From NCBI GenBank assembly GCA_048571215.1, contig CP182352.1, forward strand, positions 2,784,001-2,848,000: a stretch of DNA of 64,000 nucleotides, read 5' to 3'. Origin of the DNA: Halarcobacter sp. Its GTDB lineage: Bacteria; Campylobacterota; Campylobacteria; Campylobacterales; Arcobacteraceae. The translations under genes were made by a program, and so were the position numbers. Of this stretch, positions 40,018 to 48,124 are shown piece after piece. The notes beneath the pieces are model-generated. The model did not search any database. It was given only the letters and a program-made list of their open reading frames with translations, and had not been told where the DNA came from. The number at the start of each line of letters is the position of its first letter. Position 1 is the stretch's first letter.

Positions 40018-41859
40018 TTGAGCATAGAATTTTTAAAAACAGATTATGAAAAAATAGATTATTTAAGTAATTTATTAAAATCTCGTGCCACAGGAAAGGA
40101 AGCTTCTGATAGTGAATACAAAGCACTAAGAGATGAACTATTATTGAATAGAAAATTAGAACAATATTTTCCTATATGGTTGAAAACCAATGGAGATTTA
40201 AATTCATTTTGGAGATTTATAAAAGAAAAGTTTAAAACATATGATGAAAGAACTAAATTTTTATCTGATGAATTTCTACCTTTGTTAAATTATCTAATGC
40301 CAACAGAATTAAAGCCGGTATCAATTCCAAAAGATATTTTACCATTAGGTCAAGATACTTTAAAACAAAAACTTAATGAATATCTAAAAATACATAATGA
40401 AATAATCAATATATATGGGAATTTTATATTATCTACAAAAGTTTTAGGGAATGGTGGAACTTCTGTTGTTAAAGGATTTAATTTTAGTGGTAAAGAATAT
40501 GCTATTAAATTTTTACTTGAAAATATAAAACAAAAAGAAAGCACAACATTTAAACGATTTAAACAATCTCATTTAAATTTATTGTCCATTCAACATTCAG
40601 GAGTGGTATTACCACAAATACATTTTGATAGCATAAAGATTAATAATGAAACTCAAATCCCATATATAATAATGCCAAAAGCAGAAACTACTTTAAAAGT
40701 TTTTGTGGATGAGAAAAAAAGAAATGATGAATTTAACTTTATATTCTTTGAAAAATTATTTGATAATTTAATAAATATAGTTGATATAATTCATAGCCAT
40801 AATATTATACATAGGGATATAAAACCTGAGAATCTTTTTATTTTGGATGGAAGATTAGTTTTGGGTGATTTTGACATTGCTAAATTTAACGATAATCATC
40901 ACATTAAGCTTGTAGATACAAAAAAAGCCGATAGAATGGCAAATTTTTACTATTCTGCACCAGAACAATCAATAAAAAAATTTGATGAAATTACATTTTC
41001 TGCTGATTGGTATGCAATAGGACAAGTATTGTATTGGCTAATAACTGGCGATACATTAAGAGGTCAAGAGAATATATCTTTGGTTCAATATGATAAACAA
41101 TATGAAAAATACGAAACATTAATAAGAAATTTATTGTCTAATGAACCAAGCCATAGATTAAGTTCAAAAAAAGATATTAAAGAATTTTTAAATAGCAAAA
41201 AACAAATTAGATGGGAAGACACCTTACATAATTTTGATGATATTATTGTTTATAAGTATATGTCTGATTTTGGAGTTTCAAGACAAGGTTTTAAAGAATT
41301 TAACGATGTAGAATCCATTCTTGAAATAATGACTGATTTATCTAATAATACTGATAAATTAGCACTTTGGATAAGTCAAGGTTATTCAGACAGAGATGTT
41401 AAGTATATTTCAAAAAATAAAGACTGCGATGCTTGTTTTTTAATTGACTATTTAGAAATAAAAATTAAAACTATTTGGATATATAAACATTTTAATAGTT
41501 TTGGTGGTAGTACAATTATTATTGAAACAGACAACTATGAAGCTATTAACACAGATGCTAACAATATTGACTATTATGGTCTTTTTGATGGTAATATTAT
41601 AAAACCTGAAGAAGTTGATAGTGGCTGGGCAATAATAAATGGAAAAAGAACTAAACTTGATAAAACAGCAGAAGTGAGGGGAAGAGTTTTAAATAAAACT
41701 ATCTATTTTTTAGCACCATTTAAAGGTCCATTAGTTAAAAATGCTAAAATAATTGATAACTTATATAAATCTTACAATGAGGAAATTGGTCTAAATGAAG
41801 ATTTTTTAGCACCTCTTAAATCAATAAAAAGGAATGATGATATTATGATGATGTCATAA
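40018..41859 (+). CDS. Integron cassette 2: Hanks-type Ser/Thr kinase with helical N-terminal domain (candidate anti-phage kinase)
   Basis: LGNGGTSVV, YAIKF, HRDIKPEN, DFD, YSAPEQ, DWYAIG; bounded by GTTAGAT (39989) and its complement ATCTAAC (41865). Confidence 0.88.
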   Translation: MSIEFLKTDYEKIDYLSNLLKSRATGKEASDSEYKALRDELLLNRKLEQYFPIWLKTNGDLNSFWRFIKEKFKTYDERTKFLSDEFLPLLNYLMPTELKPVSIPKDILPLGQDTLKQKLNEYLKIHNEIINIYGNFILSTKVLGNGGTSVVKGFNFSGKEYAIKFLLENIKQKESTTFKRFKQSHLNLLSIQHSGVVLPQIHFDSIKINNETQIPYIIMPKAETTLKVFVDEKKRNDEFNFIFFEKLFDNLINIVDIIHSHNIIHRDIKPENLFILDGRLVLGDFDIAKFNDNHHIKLVDTKKADRMANFYYSAPEQSIKKFDEITFSADWYAIGQVLYWLITGDTLRGQENISLVQYDKQYEKYETLIRNLLSNEPSHRLSSKKDIKEFLNSKKQIRWEDTLHNFDDIIVYKYMSDFGVSRQGFKEFNDVESILEIMTDLSNNTDKLALWISQGYSDRDVKYISKNKDCDACFLIDYLEIKIKTIWIYKHFNSFGGSTIIIETDNYEAINTDANNIDYYGLFDGNIIKPEEVDSGWAIINGKRTKLDKTAEVRGRVLNKTIYFLAPFKGPLVKNAKIIDNLYKSYNEEIGLNEDFLAPLKSIKRNDDIMMMS

Positions 41860-41864
41860 TGATT

Positions 41865-41877
41865 ATCTAACAAAACC
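41865..41877 (+). other. Truncated attC site 2 (R'' box and spacer only)
   Basis: ATCTAAC-AAAAC begins like attC3 (ACATAAC-AAAAC), then is cut by an IS end. Confidence 0.65.
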
Positions 41878-42202
41878 TACAGACTGTGAATTTAGTCCCA
41901 AATAAACTAAATTTACAGTAAAAATTCAAATTAACTTCCTAAATATCTGATATTTTTTCTTAAAATTTTTTGATATAAAAATTTTTGTAAAAAATAAACC
42001 AAATAAAGTCCAAACACTAAGATATATTCCTCTATATCTTTGGTAATTTGGGTTAAATCTTTATTTTTTATGGCTAAGCATAACTTTTGAAACAGATTTA
42101 TCCCTATAAGATTTAAAAGTCTTCTAAAATTATATGTAAACATAATAAGAGCATTTTCACCAAGTACTTTTTCTTTAGAACGAACTAAAAAATAATCCCA
42201 TA
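41878..42202 (-). mobile_element. IS1182-family transposase C-terminal remnant with terminal repeat
   Basis: WDYFLVRSKEKVLGENALIMFTYNFRRLLNL resembles IS1182 DDE C-termini; terminal ...CACAGTCT; 5' part missing. Confidence 0.7.
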
Positions 42203-42489
42203 TAACGCCCCATAGAATGAATTTCCACTTTTATAATAATTGTTAAGTATCACACCGATTCAAATAAAATGGTATCAAAAAATGCAAAGGTCAATTTCCT
42301 ACCTTTCCGCATTTGAGAAGCCGAGCGTTTATTTATCTCTTTTGAAAACAAGTGACTAAACTGTTTGAAGCCTAAAGAAACGTTCTGGGAGAACGTTTTA
42401 GCAAGTTTTTAGGCACTCAAAAGGGATGAATAATAAGCGAGAGTAGTTTCACCTTCGAAACCTGTGGGATGGTTCGTATAATAAAATAT

Positions 42490-42720
42490 TGGAAATATGA
42501 TAGTATATTTTCATAGAGTTCAATAGAAGATGATATATTGTGTGGGTGGTTGAAGCAATTAAAAATAATTTTAATTAGCTTGTAAAGAAGTTCAATAGTT
42601 ATACTTCAAATTTGAGTGGCAACAAGAACAGTTTTATAACTAGTTCGTATTTACGAGTCTAAAGTTTGTATGACGAAATATCAGGTAGGAATTTTATTCC
42701 TACCCTAACGAACTCTTTAT
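42490..42720 (+). ncRNA. IS110 bridge RNA (target-binding and donor-binding loops); ends approximate
   Basis: LTG GGGTGGTT 42544-51, RTG GTAAAGAAG 42582-90, LDG GTGGCAAC 42616-23, RDG TACGAG 42652-57; each pair flanks an internal hairpin and is closed by a stem. Confidence 0.85.
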
Positions 42721-42741
42721 ATTAATACAAAGGTTCTAGAT

Positions 42742-43725
42742 ATGTATTCTATCGGATTAGATATAAGTAAGTCAACAATTAATATTTATATCCCTATCAA
42801 TGATTTAGATATTCAAATATCAAATAATTTGAAATCACTTAAAGGTTTTTATTCTAAGTTAAAAAAACTTTATAAAAAAGATATAGATAAACTTGTATTT
42901 GTTTTTGAACCTACAGCTAATTATTCCTTTTTAATTAAAAAGTTTTGTTCTGAAAAAAGTATACACTGTTTTATTGTTAATCCAAAGAAAAGTGCTAACT
43001 TTGCTAAAGCAATTGGTCAAAGAAATAAAACTGACCTTTTAGATGCTAGAATGTTATCTCAGATGATAGTTACTGCAAGAAAAAATCAGATTAAAATACC
43101 CATTATTAATCCTTATGCCGAGGAATTAAAAGAGCTTATTACATATTATAAATTTATATCAAAAATTAAAACTCAAAATAAAAATCATTTGGAAGCTTTA
43201 GTTTCAAAAGATGCTTCATCTATTATAATTAAATCATTAAGAAAAGATATAAAATCATTTGAAAAAAAAGAAAAAGATATTCTTATTGAGATAAAAAAAG
43301 TTATTGCAAAAGACAAAAATTTACATAATGCATTTTTAAATATCCAAACTATAAAAGGCATAGGAGAATTATCTTCAATTATATTATTACACCATTTTAT
43401 ACAATATCCTGATACAAATCAAAAGCAAATTGTTTCATTAGCTGGATTAGATCCAGTTAGTAGAGATTCTGGTTCATCAATAAAAGGAAAAACAAAAATA
43501 TCAAAATCTGGTTCAAAATTATGTAGGGGTACATTATTTATGGCAGTAATGACAGCGATACAATACAATGAAGAATTAAAAATATTTTATAATAGATTAA
43601 AAGAGAATGGCAAACATACTACTGTAGCACAAATTGCTGTAATGCGAAAAATGATTGTAATTGCTCACTCATTATATAAAAATAATAATATATATGACCC
43701 TAATAAATTTAAAAGTATATCATAA
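42742..43725 (+). CDS. IS110-family DEDD recombinase/transposase
   Basis: GLDISK, FEPT, KTDLLDA (DEDD); IKGIG; AGLDP..RDSG (catalytic Ser); AVMRKM. Confidence 0.95.
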   Translation: MYSIGLDISKSTINIYIPINDLDIQISNNLKSLKGFYSKLKKLYKKDIDKLVFVFEPTANYSFLIKKFCSEKSIHCFIVNPKKSANFAKAIGQRNKTDLLDARMLSQMIVTARKNQIKIPIINPYAEELKELITYYKFISKIKTQNKNHLEALVSKDASSIIIKSLRKDIKSFEKKEKDILIEIKKVIAKDKNLHNAFLNIQTIKGIGELSSIILLHHFIQYPDTNQKQIVSLAGLDPVSRDSGSSIKGKTKISKSGSKLCRGTLFMAVMTAIQYNEELKIFYNRLKENGKHTTVAQIAVMRKMIVIAHSLYKNNNIYDPNKFKSIS

Positions 43726-43843
43726 ATATTAGATTTAAATATTTTATATTTTATCATTTTTTAAGGTGGCAACTTCTTTGCTACTTTCTTTTTCAGAAAA
43801 GAAAGTCGAGAAAGCTAAGAGGTACAATAAAAGTTTATTCACA

Positions 43844-44442
43844 TTCAAATATTTTGAAAATAGTTTTAATTGTATACACCCTCTTGTAGAGCAAAGCTCT
43901 CCGCTTTCTCACTTTTTAGTTGTAAAAAGTAAGACAAAAAGCAACCAGACGGTTGTCGAAGCTAAAGTCCCCTACAGCTTTCTAATTATTTCCTGACCTG
44001 CGGAACGCCTTCCTAAAAGGTACATTCAGTACCTTTTATCCAGTTGAACGGTCCTCGGTCTTTTCCGAAAATAATTAAAAACCTTCCGGCTTCAACAAAG
44101 TCTGGACTAAATACACTAGCCACAAACTTCCTAATTTAAATTTAACATAACACCAGTTTAAATAAAATGGTACAAAAAAATGCAAAGGTCAGTTTCCCAC
44201 CTTCCCGCATTTGAGAAGCCGAGTGTTTATTTATCTCTTTTGAAAACAAGTGACTAAACTGTCTGAAGCGTAAAAAAATGTGCTGGGAGCACATTTTAGC
44301 AAGTTTTTAGGCACTCAAAAGGGATGAATGAAAAGCTCGGGGAGCTTCTGCCTTCGAAACCTGCAGGATGGTTTCTTTGCTACTTTCTTTTTCAGAAAAG
44401 AAAGTCGAGAAAGCCAAGAGGTACAGCAAAAGTTTATTTACA
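43844..44442. repeat. About 600-bp composite palindromic repeat, unit 4
   Basis: Full-length copy; left inner hairpin like unit 2, centre and right arm like unit 1. Confidence 0.9.
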
Positions 44443-44721
44443 CCTAAATATATTGATAATAGTTTTAGCCAATCACAATATAATATATTTATCATTTTGT
44501 TAAACTATCAAAATTTTCACCAAATAGTCATACAAAATGATAGGATATTACGGATATACGTTAATAATCTAACATATAAAAGTACATATTTATTTACTTT
44601 ATTTTATATTTTATTGAATTTTGACTATTTAAGGCTTATTTGAGTTAATATCTTTATGTTAAGATATTAGATGTTTTTATACATTATTTATATATAATAT
44701 ATTACTAGTAAGTAGTTATGT
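44443..44721 (+). other. Conserved AT-rich segment ending in attI-like site B (crossover G44715/TT)
   Basis: Second copy of 38613-38901; TACTAGT-AAGTA-GTTATGT; GTTATGT is the exact complement of attC3 R'' ACATAAC. Confidence 0.7.
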
Positions 44722-44737
44722 TCAGAGGAGATAAATT

Positions 44738-45100
44738 TTGTTAGAAGTCATAATATTTGCATTAATAATAATCATTTTGGGTGTACTCCCAAGTATTTGG
44801 TACCTTAAAAGGAAAGAAAAACCTGCTGAAGTTAATCAAAAACCGAATATTATAATAGTAATTTTAGGTTCGATACTTTTAATTGTAAATACATATTTTA
44901 CATATATTTTGAATAAAGGCTCTATAGCATATGTTTTTGGTGCGGTATATTTTATTCCAATTGTTTTAATCCTAATTTTCAATGAAAATTGGAATAAAAG
45001 ATGGAAAATTATACTGTTTACACAGTTTATAATTTTCTTAAGTGTTTTGGGTAATTTGATGTCAGTAGCTCAAGAAGTTGCTAAAACTCAAGGAACATAA
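44738..45100 (+). CDS. Integron cassette 3: small multi-pass membrane protein of unknown function
   Basis: SD GAGGAG, four hydrophobic segments, stop codon overlapping R'' of attC3. Confidence 0.8.
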   Translation: MLEVIIFALIIIILGVLPSIWYLKRKEKPAEVNQKPNIIIVILGSILLIVNTYFTYILNKGSIAYVFGAVYFIPIVLILIFNENWNKRWKIILFTQFIIFLSVLGNLMSVAQEVAKTQGT

Positions 45101-45163
45101 CAAAACATTGGAGAGAAATATTTGACCCTGCGGCTCAAATATTTCTCAACTCAAACGTTATAC
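45095..45163 (+). other. attC site 3 (69 bp)
   Basis: ACATAAC-AAAAC-ATTGGAGAGAAATATTTGA-CCCTGCGGC-TCAAATATTTCTCAA-CTCAAAC-GTTATAC; long imperfect palindrome between RYYYAAC-like and GTTRRRY-like boxes. Confidence 0.88.
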
Positions 45164-45239
45164 TTTAAAACGAAAATATGATCATAATCTAAATAAGGAA
45201 TATAAATATGTTTGATTATTCTCTTGTCCACTGACAACT

Positions 45240-46346
45240 TTATTTCACACTATTTATTGAAATTTTTACAACCACAGTTGTTCCAATATTTTCTTGACTT
45301 TCATAGTGAATTGTTGCTCCCAAAAGTTCTAAAATTCTTTTTACGATGGAAAGTCCAAGACCACTTCCTTGTTTTTTATGGGATTCATCACCTTGGTAAA
45401 ACTTATCAAAAATCTTTGCAATTTTTTCACTCTTAATCCCAATACCTTCATCTTTAATCTTAACAATAAGTTCATTTCCATTTACGTATTCATCGATATA
45501 AATTGTACTATTGTTAGAAGAGTATTTCATGGCGTTATCAATGAGATTCATCCAAACATGCATCAAAAGTGATTTATCCGATTCTACAACTACATCGCAG
45601 AGGTTTAAATCAAATTTTTGATCATGATCACTCCACTTTTGGGACAGTACTATCACTGCACGCCTTATTTGTTCATCTACTCGGATCATATCTTTTTTTG
45701 AGATAATTTGTTGATTATCTAAGCGTGACATTTGGAGCATATCTTCACAAAGTAATGACAAGCGTCTAGATTCTTGATGTATGAGTTCCAAATACTCTTT
45801 TTGCTTTTGCATTTCAAGTGGCGTATCTAATAACAATTCAGCAAAACCTGTGATTGCCGTAACAGGTGTTTTTATTTCATGTGATACATTACTCATAAAA
45901 TCTTTACGCATATAATCCATACCAGAGAGTTCTTCTACCATTTTATTTACATTTGAAGAGAGTTCATCAAGTTCATGGGCATAAAGATGATTTTTCATCT
46001 CTCTTTTTTTACGATAAACTCTTGCAGTAAAATCCCCTTGGGCAATTTTATTCACAGTTAAATTTAAAGCTTCAACAGGTTTCAATAAATGCCCTGAACC
46101 AATGTATAAGGCAATACCACCAATAATCATCGTTAAAGCACAAACCAGTAGACTCATAATGATCCCTGATAACATAGTAATTGGTCCGTGATAAAATAAC
46201 CAAGTCCCAGTAATAACTATACCACACGCAATAAGACAAGCAACGAATAAGGTGGCAATAGAAACAAAAGAGATAAAAGAGCGAAGGCGTATTATATATT
46301 TCTTTTTCATGGTTTCCTTTTTTAATTTTATGGCATTACTTTTCAT
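45240..46346 (-). CDS. HAMP-domain sensor histidine kinase (HssS-like)
   Basis: Two TM helices, HAMP, SNVSHEIKTP H-box, NLIDNAMKY, DEGIG, GSGLGL. Confidence 0.93.
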   Translation of the reverse strand: MKSNAIKLKKETMKKKYIIRLRSFISFVSIATLFVACLIACGIVITGTWLFYHGPITMLSGIIMSLLVCALTMIIGGIALYIGSGHLLKPVEALNLTVNKIAQGDFTARVYRKKREMKNHLYAHELDELSSNVNKMVEELSGMDYMRKDFMSNVSHEIKTPVTAITGFAELLLDTPLEMQKQKEYLELIHQESRRLSLLCEDMLQMSRLDNQQIISKKDMIRVDEQIRRAVIVLSQKWSDHDQKFDLNLCDVVVESDKSLLMHVWMNLIDNAMKYSSNNSTIYIDEYVNGNELIVKIKDEGIGIKSEKIAKIFDKFYQGDESHKKQGSGLGLSIVKRILELLGATIHYESQENIGTTVVVKISINSVK

Positions 46347-47032
46347 TTGGTATTATCTGTTAAATGATATTTTGCCTTATACCCAAGCCCTCTTATAGTC
46401 ATAATCTCAAAATCCTGACATGATTCAAATCTACGACGAAGTTTTTTGATATGAGAATCAACAGTTCGTTCATCTGCTTCTGATTCTACACCCCAAATTT
46501 CATTCATAATTTCATATCTAGTAAAAATTCTATTGGGATAGCTGAGTAAAAGAAATAGTAGATAAAACTCTTTAGGGGGAAGATCGTATTCTTTAGAGTC
46601 AATATTTATTTTTAATGCCTTGTAGTCTAGAAAACTCTTTCCTATAACTAATCTATTTTCATTAGCTATTTTTGCTCTTCGTAAAAGTGCATTTACTCTA
46701 AGAACCATCTCTTTTAGTTGAATAGGTTTAACCATATAATCATCTGTTCCAAGTCTAAATCCCTTTTCAATATCTTCCATTTGATTTTTTGCCGTAATCA
46801 TCAAAATAGGAAAAGAAGGTTCCATCTTTCTAATCTCTTGTATAAGTTCATAGCCATTTATTTTTGGCATCATAATATCTGAGATGACTAAATCAACATA
46901 TGTTGTATCCATGATTTCTAAGGCTTCTTCTCCATCAAATGCCGAAATAGTCTTGAAGTTTTCTTGTTTTAATTTCGTACATATCATCTTATTTAATGTC
47001 TCATCATCTTCAGCAACTAATATAGAAAACAT
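46343..47032 (-). CDS. OmpR-family response regulator (HssR-like)
   Basis: EDD, SDIMMP, GFRLGTDDYMVKP, LPPKEF, RTVDSHIKKLR. Confidence 0.93.
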   Translation of the reverse strand: MFSILVAEDDETLNKMICTKLKQENFKTISAFDGEEALEIMDTTYVDLVISDIMMPKINGYELIQEIRKMEPSFPILMITAKNQMEDIEKGFRLGTDDYMVKPIQLKEMVLRVNALLRRAKIANENRLVIGKSFLDYKALKINIDSKEYDLPPKEFYLLFLLLSYPNRIFTRYEIMNEIWGVESEADERTVDSHIKKLRRRFESCQDFEIMTIRGLGYKAKYHLTDNTK

Positions 47033-47135
47033 CTTTTTACCTCGTATCTAAGATATTACTTTTGGAAAATTATATCACAGTTCTTTCTCTTAAGACAAAC
47101 CATATCTTTGTCTGGCATAGTACTATAGTTTATAA

Positions 47136-47447
47136 TTACATCCACTCAAAATGGATAAAGAGTTCAGGATACCCCTCAATTGGAAACCAATAAGAGATAA
47201 TTTCTTTTTCCGTATATTCTGCATTTTTGTATGCCACTTGCTGCAAATGTAATGCTCTATTAGCCAAACAACCCCTATATTCTTCATTTGTACTTAAAGT
47301 AGAGTAATTCATTCCCTTCACAATTCCAAGCACTTCAGACAATGCATTTACAGCAATTACTTCTTTGTTTTTATGTACCAGTGTTACAGGCTCAGGAAAA
47401 TTTCCCCACATCAGATGAAAAGCCTCAATTATTTTTGAATCAACCAT
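47136..47447 (-). CDS. Hypothetical protein (PAS-like, possibly degenerate)
   Basis: SD AAGGA; FHLMWGNFPEPVTLVHKNKEVIAVN resembles a PAS N-terminus. Confidence 0.6.
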   Translation of the reverse strand: MVDSKIIEAFHLMWGNFPEPVTLVHKNKEVIAVNALSEVLGIVKGMNYSTLSTNEEYRGCLANRALHLQQVAYKNAEYTEKEIISYWFPIEGYPELFIHFEWM

Positions 47448-47492
47448 AATTAGATATCCTTCCTTAAATATATTTCAAAAAGATCTCTTACA

Positions 47493-47651
47493 CTATTTAA
47501 CCAAAAATGTTACGGCACATAAAATAACTGCACTTGCTCCCATAATTAAATGGCATTTTCTAAGCCATGTTGCTTTTGAACCAAAAAACATGTAAGCTCC
47601 TGTAATTCCTGCTATTGCAATTGTTAAACGAAATAATAAATCTAGTATCAT
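47493..47651 (-). CDS. 52-aa two-TM membrane protein (not in the ORF track)
   Basis: SD AAGGAG; MILDLLFRLTIAIAGITGAYMFFGSKATWLRKCHLIMGASAVILCAVTFLVK*. Confidence 0.65.
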   Translation of the reverse strand: MILDLLFRLTIAIAGITGAYMFFGSKATWLRKCHLIMGASAVILCAVTFLVK

Positions 47652-47741
47652 TTCTTCTCCTTTTATTTATTATGTCAATAGAATAATAATAACCTTCATT
47701 CACTTATCCATCTGAAAGTTCATTTCCTTTTGACAATAGGA

Positions 47742-47774
47742 ATTATACATTTCGAATATGGTCTGAATGTGTCC
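47742..47774 (-). promoter_or_regulatory. OmpR-type direct repeat (HssR-box-like) plus -10
   Basis: Minus strand reads GGACACATT-CA-GACCATATT-N7-TATAAT. Confidence 0.5.
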
Positions 47775-48124
47775 AAAATAAAGAATTCTATGATTTTGTA
47801 CTTTTATGAAATATAGATTGTGTATGAGTGTACTGTTTTACCCGTTAGAGCTCTTCTAAAAATCCCTACCTCCTTTACAATTCCTATCGTATAAATAAAG
47901 ACAAGTTTCTTTATCTTTCTCTTTCTAAATTCTTTATATGTAAAAGATTTATTGCTTAATTTCGTTAAAATATTCTTATATCTATATGATATAATAAAAC
48001 CTAGAGAGTTTAAAAAGTTAATACATTGCGAAGAATTAAAAGCCGCAGATTTTTCTTTCTACATAAAAGAAAATCAAAAGAAATAAAGGAGTGCAAAATA
48101 AAAATGCACTTCCTTTTATCAAAT

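Larger units (their letters stand above)
42475..43774 (+). mobile_element. IS110-family insertion sequence (about 1.3 kb, long non-coding left end)
   Basis: Removing 42475-43774 restores GGATGGTT/TCTTTGC exactly as in unit 4; no TIRs or TSD; TATAAT at 42477. Confidence 0.92.
42240..43843. repeat. Composite palindromic repeat unit 3 (left arm deleted; interrupted by IS110 at 42475-43774)
   Basis: 42240-42474 matches the centre and right arm of unit 1; homology resumes at 43775 (TCTTTGCTACTTTC). Confidence 0.85.

Noticed and set aside
42203..42240. Additional attC beginning at ATATAAC-GCCCC near 42200
   Set aside because: No complementary right half or matching R' box; more likely a deletion junction.
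38462..44643. Short ORFs 38462-38653, 43766-43996, 44307-44495 and 44368-44643
   Set aside because: They lie inside the non-coding repeats, lack convincing SD sites and are not kept open consistently between copies.
37421..44715. CRISPR array or TIGR-like guide array
   Set aside because: Repeat units are about 600 bp with no short repeat/unique spacer periodicity, and no cas genes are present.
37400..48100. Integron integrase gene next to the cassettes
   Set aside because: No ORF with tyrosine-recombinase R-K-H-R-H-Y motifs in the ORF track or seen by eye; only IS110 and an IS1182 fragment are present.
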